The position numbers and the translations under genes were made by a program. Below are positions 38,376 through 46,354 of a stretch of DNA of 60,277 nt, in pieces. The stretch is from the IMG/VR virus record IMGVR_UViG_3300012231_000011, positions 1 through 60,277 of that record; one strand, written 5' to 3'. The stretch comes from a virus (lineage: Duplodnaviria > Caudoviricetes). The notes beneath the pieces were generated by a model. It was not told the DNA's origin. It did not search any database and was given only the letters and a program-made list of their open reading frames with translations. Within the stretch, counting starts at the first letter, position 1. The number at the start of each line of letters is the position of its first letter.

Positions 38376-38513
38376 ATGCATTCTACGTGTAGGCGTGGTC
38401 CACGAGAGATACGCCGCGCGCCAAAGCCCACGTGGGGGCCTGATCACTCACGAGAAGCGCCGGTCAAGCCGCTCGTGACCACGACGAGGTCCGCCAGTCC
38501 GAGGAGGGAGGCG

Positions 38514-38879
38514 ATGAACTACGACGAGTATGTGCGACCCGGGTTGACCTACGACGAGTTCACGAAGGCGAACGTCGAACGCTGCTGCGGGGCTGCGTGG
38601 TCCAAGGACCCGAACGACGCGGCGAACTGGTCACTCAACGACTGGATGGTCGCCCTCGCAGGTGAAGTCGGTGAGGCCGCGAACCTCCTGAAGAAGCTCC
38701 GTCGCGGAGACTTCACGCTGGAGGAGGTCCGGCCTGACCTTGCACGTGAGCTCGCCGACGTGTACACGTACCTGGATCTGATCTGCCACAAGGCAGGGAT
38801 CCACCTACCGACCGCGGTGGTGGAGAAGTGGAACGAGGTCAGCGTCAAGGTCGGATGGCCGAAGCGGTTGAAGGCCTGA
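38514..38879 (+). CDS. mazG: MazG-like nucleotide pyrophosphohydrolase
   Basis: ALAGEVGEAANLLKK...LARELADV (ExxE..ExxD). Confidence 0.9.
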   Translation: MNYDEYVRPGLTYDEFTKANVERCCGAAWSKDPNDAANWSLNDWMVALAGEVGEAANLLKKLRRGDFTLEEVRPDLARELADVYTYLDLICHKAGIHLPTAVVEKWNEVSVKVGWPKRLKA

Positions 38880-38979
38880 CGCTGTCGCGATGCAGGTACC
38901 GGCGATCATCACGCCCGAAGTCGCAGCGTTCCGCTCGCTGATGGGCAAGTAGGAGCGACTCATGAGTCCTGGTGAGCAG

Positions 38980-39006
38980 GCCGCTGCGATCAGCGGCTTC
39001 TACCTC
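38980..39006 (+). repeat. 27-bp direct repeat, copy 2
   Basis: Identical to 37888-37914. Confidence 0.9.
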
Positions 39007-39102
39007 GGCATCGCCACCGCGATCGTGTCCTACGTGCTCGCTGAGCTAGCCGTTCGTTTCGTGCGGTGGGTACGTCGCAGGTAGTCCAACGGGGAGGGCT
39101 CG

Positions 39103-39303
39103 ATGAAGGACTCCGTCAACTCCACGATCACGTGGGTCGCCGTCATGCTGCAGATCGCAGCGACGTGCGTGTGTGTAGGTGTCATCATCTACTGGTCTTT
39201 CTATCTGGTGGGTCGTGGGTTCCGGGACGGCTTCTACTACGCCCCGACGAACCAGAACATGACCACCGACTGGCACACGAAGAGCGACGAGGCTCCGAAG
39301 TGA
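39103..39303 (+). CDS. Small membrane protein
   Basis: SD; one TM helix. Confidence 0.55.
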   Translation: MKDSVNSTITWVAVMLQIAATCVCVGVIIYWSFYLVGRGFRDGFYYAPTNQNMTTDWHTKSDEAPK

Positions 39304-39304
39304 C

Positions 39305-39622
39305 ATGAAGAAGCATCCGGCGGTCCCCGTGCCTCCGGTACTCATGGCACCCGGGGAACGCTTCGGTCGAAGACTCACCAGCAGCCAGAGCTTCGTCGTA
39401 CCCCTCTTGCCCTTCGGCTCACGCCCGGATAAGTGTCCTGGCTGCGGCAGGGAGGAGCGCGGTGAGTTCGAGGCGACTCAGAGGATGCGCTGGCGCACGA
39501 TCTACATCGAGGAAGGCCCGAGCTCGTCGAATGGGCATCAGGCCACCCGGTACCTCAAGGTGAGGTGCAGCCGCTGCGGGTTCAAGTTCAAGACGAAGGT
39601 GTTCGAGGATCAAGGAGGATGA
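39305..39622 (+). CDS. Zn-ribbon protein
   Basis: CPGCG...CSRCG. Confidence 0.6.
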   Translation: MKKHPAVPVPPVLMAPGERFGRRLTSSQSFVVPLLPFGSRPDKCPGCGREERGEFEATQRMRWRTIYIEEGPSSSNGHQATRYLKVRCSRCGFKFKTKVFEDQGG

Positions 39623-40038
39623 ACATGGCGGAACGAGTCGGACGATCATCGTGGCTGTTCCAGTATCAGGTACACACGCTCCTCGCGGCAGTGCAGAGCC
39701 GACTCGCCCATCATCAGAGTCGTCTCGAAAGCTGGAAGCGTCAGCGTGAGGATGCGATCACGAAGTTGCGTACGGCTGGCTTCGAGATCCGTGACCACAC
39801 GTCGTACGAGAGCATCTCGAACACGCTGTCGGAGCATGGTGTCCAGGTCGTGGTCGATCGCGCACTTCAGGAGCGGGCGGCGGAGTGCAGCCGCAAGGTG
39901 CTGGAACACCAGGGCAAGGTGGACGAGTTCGAGCGCTGGTTGGCCGTGCTCGCATCGCAGCCGGCGGCGCAGAGCTATGACTTGACGATGGACGACGCGC
40001 TCTACTTCGGCGCCGCGAAGAACGCAGCGGCTGAGTGA
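39619..40038 (+). CDS. Hypothetical coiled-coil protein
   Basis: ATGA overlap; helical, ends LTMDDALYFG. Confidence 0.65.
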   Translation: MNMAERVGRSSWLFQYQVHTLLAAVQSRLAHHQSRLESWKRQREDAITKLRTAGFEIRDHTSYESISNTLSEHGVQVVVDRALQERAAECSRKVLEHQGKVDEFERWLAVLASQPAAQSYDLTMDDALYFGAAKNAAAE

Positions 40039-40580
40039 TTCGAATGAGTACGGCACAGGCAAACTCGCGCAAGGCCAACGCATCGGTCGACAAGGTCAAC
40101 CAGCGGGCGGCGGTCGAGCGGACGATGCGTCAGGCCGGTGGACGTGGGCTCGCGGACTATGAGCTCCACGAGTTGCTGCCCTCCATCCGCTGCTACCGAT
40201 CTCGACGCTTGGAGCTCGTACGAGCTGGCGTCATCTTCGCGTCGGGGGCTACGGTCACCTCGCGCGGAGGCCTGCCTTGCACGATTTGGGTACATCGCAA
40301 GTTCGCAGCTGCTCGCGTGATCGATGACGCTGAGGCTGCAGCGTTGAGCTTGCTCGATCAGGATGACGAGCGGCGTGCTCGTCTACGTATCGCCCGGCAG
40401 CTCGCAGTCAACGTGCTCGTTGCAAGTGAGTATGAGGTGGCGGCGCTCAGGGAGGTCATCCGGTACGCCTCGTACTGGCGGATGCACCTGAATCGGAATA
40501 CGCTTCCGGTCTTGTACCCAGAGGCGCGTGCCTGGGGGTGGTCCGCTGCGATCCGAAAGCGGATCTTGGTGCGGACGTAA
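40035..40580 (+). CDS. Winged-helix DNA-binding-like protein
   Basis: GLADYEL...RSRRLELVRAGVI..SG....SRGG....IW pattern. Confidence 0.5.
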   Translation: MIRMSTAQANSRKANASVDKVNQRAAVERTMRQAGGRGLADYELHELLPSIRCYRSRRLELVRAGVIFASGATVTSRGGLPCTIWVHRKFAAARVIDDAEAAALSLLDQDDERRARLRIARQLAVNVLVASEYEVAALREVIRYASYWRMHLNRNTLPVLYPEARAWGWSAAIRKRILVRT

Positions 40581-40602
40581 GTCTGGGGAGGGGCGTGAGT
40601 CG

Positions 40603-40923
40603 ATGGACAAGTACTACGAGCCAGACTTCGAGCCAGGGAATCAGGCGGCTCCGCCCGGCAGCCTCTTCGTCTGCCTCGCATGTGGCAAGACGAGCAAGAC
40701 GAAGTACGGTCTCGGCGCCGTGAACGGCTGGGACGAGTCCTGCATGTTGAACTGCGAGCTGTTCGAGGAGTCGCGGCTCGTGTACTCAGGTGTACCGGAC
40801 CGTATCGTCCGGGTGCCGAAGCGCAGCAAGATCAGCAAGCTGAAGTTCATCGGGGAGAAGCGCTTCCTCAGGGTCATCCGAGTGCGCGACAAGGTGCCGA
40901 AGGAGGAGAAGCATGAACCTTGA
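40603..40923 (+). CDS. Cys-containing hypothetical protein
   Basis: FVCLACGKTS...GWDESCMLN; SD before ATG. Confidence 0.55.
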   Translation: MDKYYEPDFEPGNQAAPPGSLFVCLACGKTSKTKYGLGAVNGWDESCMLNCELFEESRLVYSGVPDRIVRVPKRSKISKLKFIGEKRFLRVIRVRDKVPKEEKHEP

Positions 40924-41119
40924 CCACCCACATGACCTCGTCTTCCAGCGTGATCCTCCACCCATCAAGCCGCAGCGCTACCTGCCGCTGACTCCCGATG
41001 AGGCTGCGAAGATCAAGTTCCTGTCGATCGAGCAGCGTGCAGCGTGGCTCGCCTCGATCGGCGACGAGAAGATCCGCGAGCGCATGGACCGGTGGACGAA
41101 GGACGGAGTCACGCCGTGA
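40913..41119 (+). CDS. Hypothetical protein
   Basis: SD AGGAGGAG. Confidence 0.55.
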   Translation: MNLDHPHDLVFQRDPPPIKPQRYLPLTPDEAAKIKFLSIEQRAAWLASIGDEKIRERMDRWTKDGVTP

Positions 41120-41133
41120 ACGAGGAGTGAGTG

Positions 41134-41328
41134 ATGAGTACCGGATGGGAGTGTCCGAAGTGCGGGAAGGTCTTCGCTCCGTGGATGCCGAGCTGTGACG
41201 TGTGCAAGCCTGCGGTGCTACCCACGAAGTATCACATCTGCGAACCGATGACTGATGGTCGCTGCCACATCTGTCGCGATCCCGTGCAGCTGCCAGCTCC
41301 AACGACAGGAACCGCTCCCCATGCCTGA
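41134..41328 (+). CDS. Small Zn-ribbon protein
   Basis: GWECPKCGKVFAPWMPSC; related motif at 41931-42227. Confidence 0.6.
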   Translation: MSTGWECPKCGKVFAPWMPSCDVCKPAVLPTKYHICEPMTDGRCHICRDPVQLPAPTTGTAPHA

Positions 41329-41740
41329 CCCTAGTGTGACGCTGCTGGAGGCGGCGATCGAGCACGTAGAAAAGATGTTCTGGTCTTACGAAGGTCAGCC
41401 GACCAAGCCCGTCGCAATCCTGCTCGCTGCTGCGAAGCGCGACCTCGCGCACCTGCGGGGTGAGGAGTCGCAGGTGCCCGAGTTCAGCCTCGGCGAGCTC
41501 GCGGCCGCAGTGCAGCAGGCGCGAAAGAACTACGTCGATGGTCGCCACCCACAGAGTCCGGAGGACACCGAGCGCTGGCCGCCGGACTTCTACTCGAAGC
41601 TGACGATGGCCGCGCAGCGACTGCGGGACATGGGGGAGCACGTCGTGCCTCGCCTCAAGCGGGCCGCGTTCCGGGCGCACGACTACATCGGCCAGGGCGA
41701 CGCCGAGGATCTGCTGATCAAGCTGGGTGAGATGCGGTGA
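41321..41740 (+). CDS. Hypothetical protein
   Basis: Overlapping packing with neighbours. Confidence 0.55.
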   Translation: MPDPSVTLLEAAIEHVEKMFWSYEGQPTKPVAILLAAAKRDLAHLRGEESQVPEFSLGELAAAVQQARKNYVDGRHPQSPEDTERWPPDFYSKLTMAAQRLRDMGEHVVPRLKRAAFRAHDYIGQGDAEDLLIKLGEMR

Positions 41741-41930
41741 GCTCCTGTCCAGCCTGCTCCTCCCCGCCTCGCGCGTGGGAGAGCGTCCCGGGAGCTGAGT
41801 GGAAGTACGTCGGCTGCTCCAGGAGCCCTTGCTCGATGTACGCCGTTCGTGGTAAGACGCAGATGGAGGCGGAGGAGCGATGGGAGGCGCTGGTCAAGCG
41901 TCATGCTCCTCCTATCAGGAGGGCTGAGTC

Positions 41931-42227
41931 GTGAGTGACGGGGGAAGCGACAAGCGGTCCGGCCGAGCGAGTCGACCAAGTGACCCTCGGCAACCACGGG
42001 AGGACTGGATGAACATTCAGACGGGTGGGCCGACTCCTCAGTTTGCGACGGTTCAGATCCGCTTCGGGTGGATCTGCCCGCGATGTGGCAAGACGAACAA
42101 CCCCGATGCGAACCAGTGCTGGACGCTCGGCTGCATGAGCGTAATGCCTCCGTCTCCGACCGCGGCGCAGTTCGTGATGGGTGGCACGGAATCGCGCCAG
42201 CCGGTCACTGAAATGGAGCGCAGGTGA
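41931..42227 (+). CDS. Zn-ribbon protein
   Basis: GWICPRCGKTNNPDANQC. Confidence 0.55.
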   Translation: MSDGGSDKRSGRASRPSDPRQPREDWMNIQTGGPTPQFATVQIRFGWICPRCGKTNNPDANQCWTLGCMSVMPPSPTAAQFVMGGTESRQPVTEMERR

Positions 42228-42577
42228 TGGACGCGGAGAAGTTGAGGAAGGCGCTGGATGGCGTGTCCTCGATTCGGTCAGTTGACCTTTCGTACTTGCG
42301 AGAGGCCGCGGAAGCCCATCTCGCCTCGCTCGATCAGGAGGCGGCTACGAAGAAGATGCGTCCAACGATCGGCGACGTGATTGCCTACCTGGATCCACGG
42401 GCACGACGACAGCTTCTCGTCGGCCCTCGCGCGCTCCAAAAGGTTTTGGAAGAGGCGAACATCTCGCTTTTGAAGGCGCTCCGCGACTCTGTGATCCCGG
42501 CGCTGCGGGCTCACTCGACGCACTCGGAATCTGCGAGTATGGCCCTCGCCCGCATCGATGCGGTGGTAAGGATGTGA
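42224..42577 (+). CDS. Hypothetical protein
   Basis: GTGA overlaps. Confidence 0.55.
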   Translation: MMDAEKLRKALDGVSSIRSVDLSYLREAAEAHLASLDQEAATKKMRPTIGDVIAYLDPRARRQLLVGPRALQKVLEEANISLLKALRDSVIPALRAHSTHSESASMALARIDAVVRM

Positions 42578-42749
42578 ACGAGGACTTCGACCCGAAGCTC
42601 GTCGAGGCGGTGGGGCGAATCGTCGCGCTCGCAAAGACACTCTCGGAAGTGGAGATCGACGAGCTGTTCGAGGTGGATTCGGCGCAGATGCTCGCGCTGA
42701 TCGAGCGTAAAGACCGCGAGCTGTCGGCCGCGGCCAGGGAGGCAAACTG

Positions 42750-43244
42750 ATGAACCTGAAGGACGCGATCGAGAACTGCTCCCCTGGACGCATCCTGTCG
42801 ATGGACGCCGCCAAGGCCGAACTCGCGCACAGGGAGGGGAAAAAGGACGAGGAGGCCGCGCTGCCTAAGAAGCCGTACACTCCTCCAGCTCCCATAGTGA
42901 CCTCGTTACCTCCTCCCCCTCCTGCTGACCACTCGCAGGTCACGTTGCCGGACGGGTCACCGGTGACACCGGATCACCGAGAGCTCAAGCCCAACGGCCA
43001 GCAGAAGGCCTACGTCGTCCTCTCCGAGGAGGAACGGGCCAAGGGCTTCGTCCGGCCCGTACGTCGCACCTACACCCACTTGAAGTGCATGACGGAAACG
43101 ACTATGGGTCATGCCATCGCAGAGACGTACGCGAGGTCGCCCGGCTTCTACGGTGCCACGTTCTGCGTGACGTGCGGGACTCACTTCCGGGTGGGCGCGG
43201 AGGGAGAGTTCACGTGGGAGGACGGGACCAAGGTCGGAACCTGA
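42750..43244 (+). CDS. Phage protein with C-terminal putative metal-binding domain
   Basis: ERAKGFVRPVRRTYTHLKC...AETYARSPGFYGATFCVTCGTH...EFTW (H-x2-C, C-x2-C-x2-H). Confidence 0.65.
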   Translation: MNLKDAIENCSPGRILSMDAAKAELAHREGKKDEEAALPKKPYTPPAPIVTSLPPPPPADHSQVTLPDGSPVTPDHRELKPNGQQKAYVVLSEEERAKGFVRPVRRTYTHLKCMTETTMGHAIAETYARSPGFYGATFCVTCGTHFRVGAEGEFTWEDGTKVGT

Positions 43245-43256
43245 GAGGAGGAGCTC

Positions 43257-43382
43257 ATGGGTACACGTGCTGATTTCTACGTCGGGATGGGCAAGGATGC
43301 CGAGTGGCTCGGCAGCGTCGCGTGGGACGGGTACGAGTGGGCCGATCGACGACTTGCCTTGAGTACAACAACGCCGACGTAG
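43257..43382 (+). pseudogene. Apparently truncated phage gene (MGTRADFYVG...AEWLGSVAWDGY)
   Basis: Strong SD, protein-like N-terminus, stop after 41 codons; coding-like sequence continues in another frame. Confidence 0.45.
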
Positions 43383-43526
43383 CGGCTTGGTTGCGTGCGG
43401 GACATGGCTGCAGACCTACGACAGGCGCTCGGCGACGCTCTACGGCTTGGGGGAGACGTGAGTACAATCATCGCGTAGCGGGCTGGCTGCTACGACCGGA
43501 ACATCAGGTGAGGGGAGGAGGGACAG

Positions 43527-43880
43527 ATGAGGCGGTCTGAGTTCATCGAGTGGAATCGGAAGATCATCGAGCGGTGCAAGTTGTATGGTGGGTGTCACGG
43601 GCTGACTCGTATTGGGGGTGGGACGGCGTGCTACCTCGTTCACCTCCTCAACGCGCTCCGCGAGGACGGCGTCAACCGCGATGGCCGAGACCTCATCCTC
43701 ACGAACGTGGTCTGTGTTGCGGAGCGTTTCTTGGGCGAGAGTCCTGCGCAGTACAACGACACCCGCCCCGACCCGAACACCGCGCCGATCAAGACGGCGG
43801 AGTACCTCATCTCTCTCGCAGAGGAGGCCCCGCTCGGCTTCTTCGATCCGGAACCGATCGTCGTTACCATCCAGAACTAG
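43527..43880 (+). CDS. Hypothetical protein
   Basis: SD GGAGG. Confidence 0.6.
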   Translation: MRRSEFIEWNRKIIERCKLYGGCHGLTRIGGGTACYLVHLLNALREDGVNRDGRDLILTNVVCVAERFLGESPAQYNDTRPDPNTAPIKTAEYLISLAEEAPLGFFDPEPIVVTIQN

Positions 43881-43922
43881 AGCCCAGCTTGGTGGGTGTG
43901 TAACTAAGACTAGACACGCGTA

Positions 43923-43943
43923 CGTGGTCGCTGAGTCACCACG
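43923..43943 (+). repeat. 21-bp pseudo-palindromic motif copy
   Basis: CGTGG TC GCTGAGT CA CCACG, upstream of ORF 43970. Confidence 0.7.
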
Positions 43944-43969
43944 AAAACCGGCACAAGCAGAGGGAGGGA

Positions 43970-44308
43970 ATGATGGGACTCTTCAAGTCGAAGTGCGCGA
44001 AGGAGAAGGACGAGTTCATCGCCACGGTCGGCAGCCCCGGGCGCAGCACGAGGCGCGCGCCCGCCCACTCACCCAGCCCGTTGCGCGCGGTCGTCGAGAA
44101 GGTCGCGGCGGCGTCGGTGATCGTCGTAGTCGTGGAGGCGTCGCCCGACGCGAAGTCGAGCGCCTTCTCGTACGCGTAGGTGCGCAGGATGCGCGGCGCC
44201 GCGATGTCGGGCAGGAAGCCGTTGAAGGTCTCGCCGGTCGCGATCAGGTGGTTCTGCGCGATGAAGTTCTCGGGCGACAAGAAGGTTCTGATCCGAGAAG
44301 CTGCATAA
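43970..44308 (+). other. Gene containing an inverted internal segment (44015-44265)
   Basis: Inverted repeat TTCATCGC/GCGATGAA; the interior codes on the minus strand; flipping it gives a 112-aa uninterrupted ORF. Confidence 0.55.
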
Positions 44309-44335
44309 GGCGAGTCGAACAGAAGGCGCTCACCG

Positions 44336-44365
44336 GGGCCCGCCGACAACGGCGGGCCCTCTTTT
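44336..44365 (+). terminator. Rho-independent terminator
   Basis: GGGCCCGCCG-ACAA-CGGCGGGCCC-TCTTTT. Confidence 0.8.
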
Positions 44366-44499
44366 GCGGAAGTGTTGCCCGGGGAAAGAGTGCGATATGC
44401 GCTCGGATGACCGCTAATGCCGATGGGCGACCAACGCCGATTGGGTCAGTGGCCATCAGGTCGGATCGATGGCGGCGGAACGCTAAGTAAAGGTAGGCC

Positions 44500-44763
44500 A
44501 TGGTAGACGAAAAAACGCCCCCAAGCCCAGACCGGGAAGCCTTCGAGAAGCAGCTTCCAGACCTGCTGAAGAAGCACCCAGAGAAGTTCGCACTGTTCAG
44601 GGGCGGCGCCTTTGTCGACGTGTTCGACTCGGTCGACGTGGCATACCAGTCGGGAATTCAACGCTTCGGCCTCGAACAGATTTTCATCGGCCCGATCATC
44701 GAGAAGAAACCACCGGAGACTGTGCCGGCCCTAATGCACGGGCTGATTCGTGCCTACGTTTAG
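44500..44763 (+). CDS. DUF5678-like small protein
   Basis: AFEKQLPDLLKKHPEKFALFRGG..VDVFDS...AYQSGIQRFG...IFI; coupled to an aspartyl protease gene. Confidence 0.6.
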   Translation: MVDEKTPPSPDREAFEKQLPDLLKKHPEKFALFRGGAFVDVFDSVDVAYQSGIQRFGLEQIFIGPIIEKKPPETVPALMHGLIRAYV

Positions 44764-45235
44764 CAGGGCCACGATTGGCCCGGACCCGACGGGTAGACCC
44801 GGCCTCGTCCTCACGCCTCTTGAACTGCGAAGGCAGGGTCCGCTCATTCCGTGCGAGATTCGAGTCGATTCACTACGAGCCGGAGTTCTCACTGCGAACG
44901 GAAAGGCTGTACCAGCTTCCGTACGCGGAAACCTACTCGTTGATACTGGTGCGTCGTGCTCTTGCGTTCATCGCCCCATACTTGAGCAGCTTGGAATTAC
45001 GCCGATCGGAGACTGCCAAGTAAGAACTCCGTCGAATGCAACAGTTGAAGTTCAGCAACTTTTCCCGTGTGGCATCGCGCTTCCAGGGTCCGGCCTTCCA
45101 TCACTCGACAAGTTGTTCGTCCTAGGTTCGAACCTAGAGGGACAGGGAATAATCGCGCTTCTTGGTCGCGATGTGCTCGTGCGCGGAGTGCTTGTCTACA
45201 ATGGCACCGCAGGGAGCTGGTCGCTTTCTTTCTAG
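44750..45235 (+). CDS. Retropepsin-like (clan AA) aspartyl protease
   Basis: LLVDTGAS and ALLGRDVL motifs; visibly lower GC than flanks. Confidence 0.85.
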   Translation: MPTFSRATIGPDPTGRPGLVLTPLELRRQGPLIPCEIRVDSLRAGVLTANGKAVPASVRGNLLVDTGASCSCVHRPILEQLGITPIGDCQVRTPSNATVEVQQLFPCGIALPGSGLPSLDKLFVLGSNLEGQGIIALLGRDVLVRGVLVYNGTAGSWSLSF

Positions 45236-45925
45236 CGTAACCACGCTGCGTCTTTCGGCCTCTGTATTTGCCGAAGTAACCACCTTATGGCTTCTTTCGG
45301 ATCCATATCGATGATGAGGCGATCAGCTTCCCTGACGACTTGTAGCTGGTGAACTCGTCGGTGATTGGGCGCGAGCGGAGGTCGACGCACTCTGCGACCT
45401 CGCGGCCGAGATCCAGCGCCGAGACGCGGTGGCCAGCCTGAAGGCGAATGCCTTGTCCCGCAGCCCCGCGATGGATCGGCACGCGCGTCGCCGTGTGGGG
45501 GGCCGGTTCCGGCGCGTGGATGCGCGGCGACTCGTCGCCTAGAATCCTCCCGCGACGCTCTCAGCCAACTCCAAGCGCCGGCAGCTGGAGTGGCAGCTCG
45601 GGCGCAAGTTCTCGGTGCATCACATGCGGCACGGCTACGTCGTGCAGCGCGTTCGATAGGAGGAGAGACAGAGATGCCTGTCACCTTGGGTACTCACGTG
45701 TACCGTCACAGCCACCTACGGCGTGTCCGCGGCGGCGTGCTTCCATCAGGACGGGAAGATGCTGGTGGCTGGGCTCTGGCATCTCGGTGAGGTCATCGAG
45801 CGTGCCAACGGTGAGGTGCAGATCCTGATCGATCCGAGTCACTGGATCGCTCCGATCGTCAAGAACTCGCTGGAGTTCGTGTACCACTGGAAGGCTGGCA
45901 AGCCTGATCCGGTCGAGGGAGGGCA

Positions 45926-46228
45926 ATGATGTCGTCAGCCAAGGCCTTCAAGGGGCGGCAGTGGGCCCGCAGCGCGTTCAAGGCGGCCCACGATCTCTGT
46001 AGCTCCCACAAGGACCTCCTGCGGAAGACGAAGCTGTGCGCCTGCTTCGGGTGCGCGAGGACGTTCCTCTACGTCGACATCCGCGAGTGGATCCAGGATC
46101 AGGGTGGCCCGACTGCGCTCTGCCCCCACTGCGAGCTTGACATGGTGATCCCGGTGCTACGCACGAAACCGCAGTACGGCACGACCGACTTCCTGGCGCA
46201 GATGTGTGGGCGGTACATCTTTGGATGA
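45926..46228 (+). CDS. Cys-rich small protein
   Basis: AH...H..L...KLCACFGC..F....IREW...TALCPHC. Confidence 0.65.
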   Translation: MMSSAKAFKGRQWARSAFKAAHDLCSSHKDLLRKTKLCACFGCARTFLYVDIREWIQDQGGPTALCPHCELDMVIPVLRTKPQYGTTDFLAQMCGRYIFG

Positions 46229-46354
46229 TTCGTGGTTTGCCTTGATGCTGTCGTCATGCCGCCCAGCCCAGATCCCGACGCAGCGGGTCACTAACTGCGG
46301 CAGCGTCTCCGCGAGTACTGAGGAGAGAGTCCCCACCATGTAGGAACTCTCTCC

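Noticed and set aside
45674-45929. Programmed frameshift joining ATG 45674 to the 45723-45929 frame
   Set aside because: No slippery site or stimulator is evident; decay or an alternative start is simpler.
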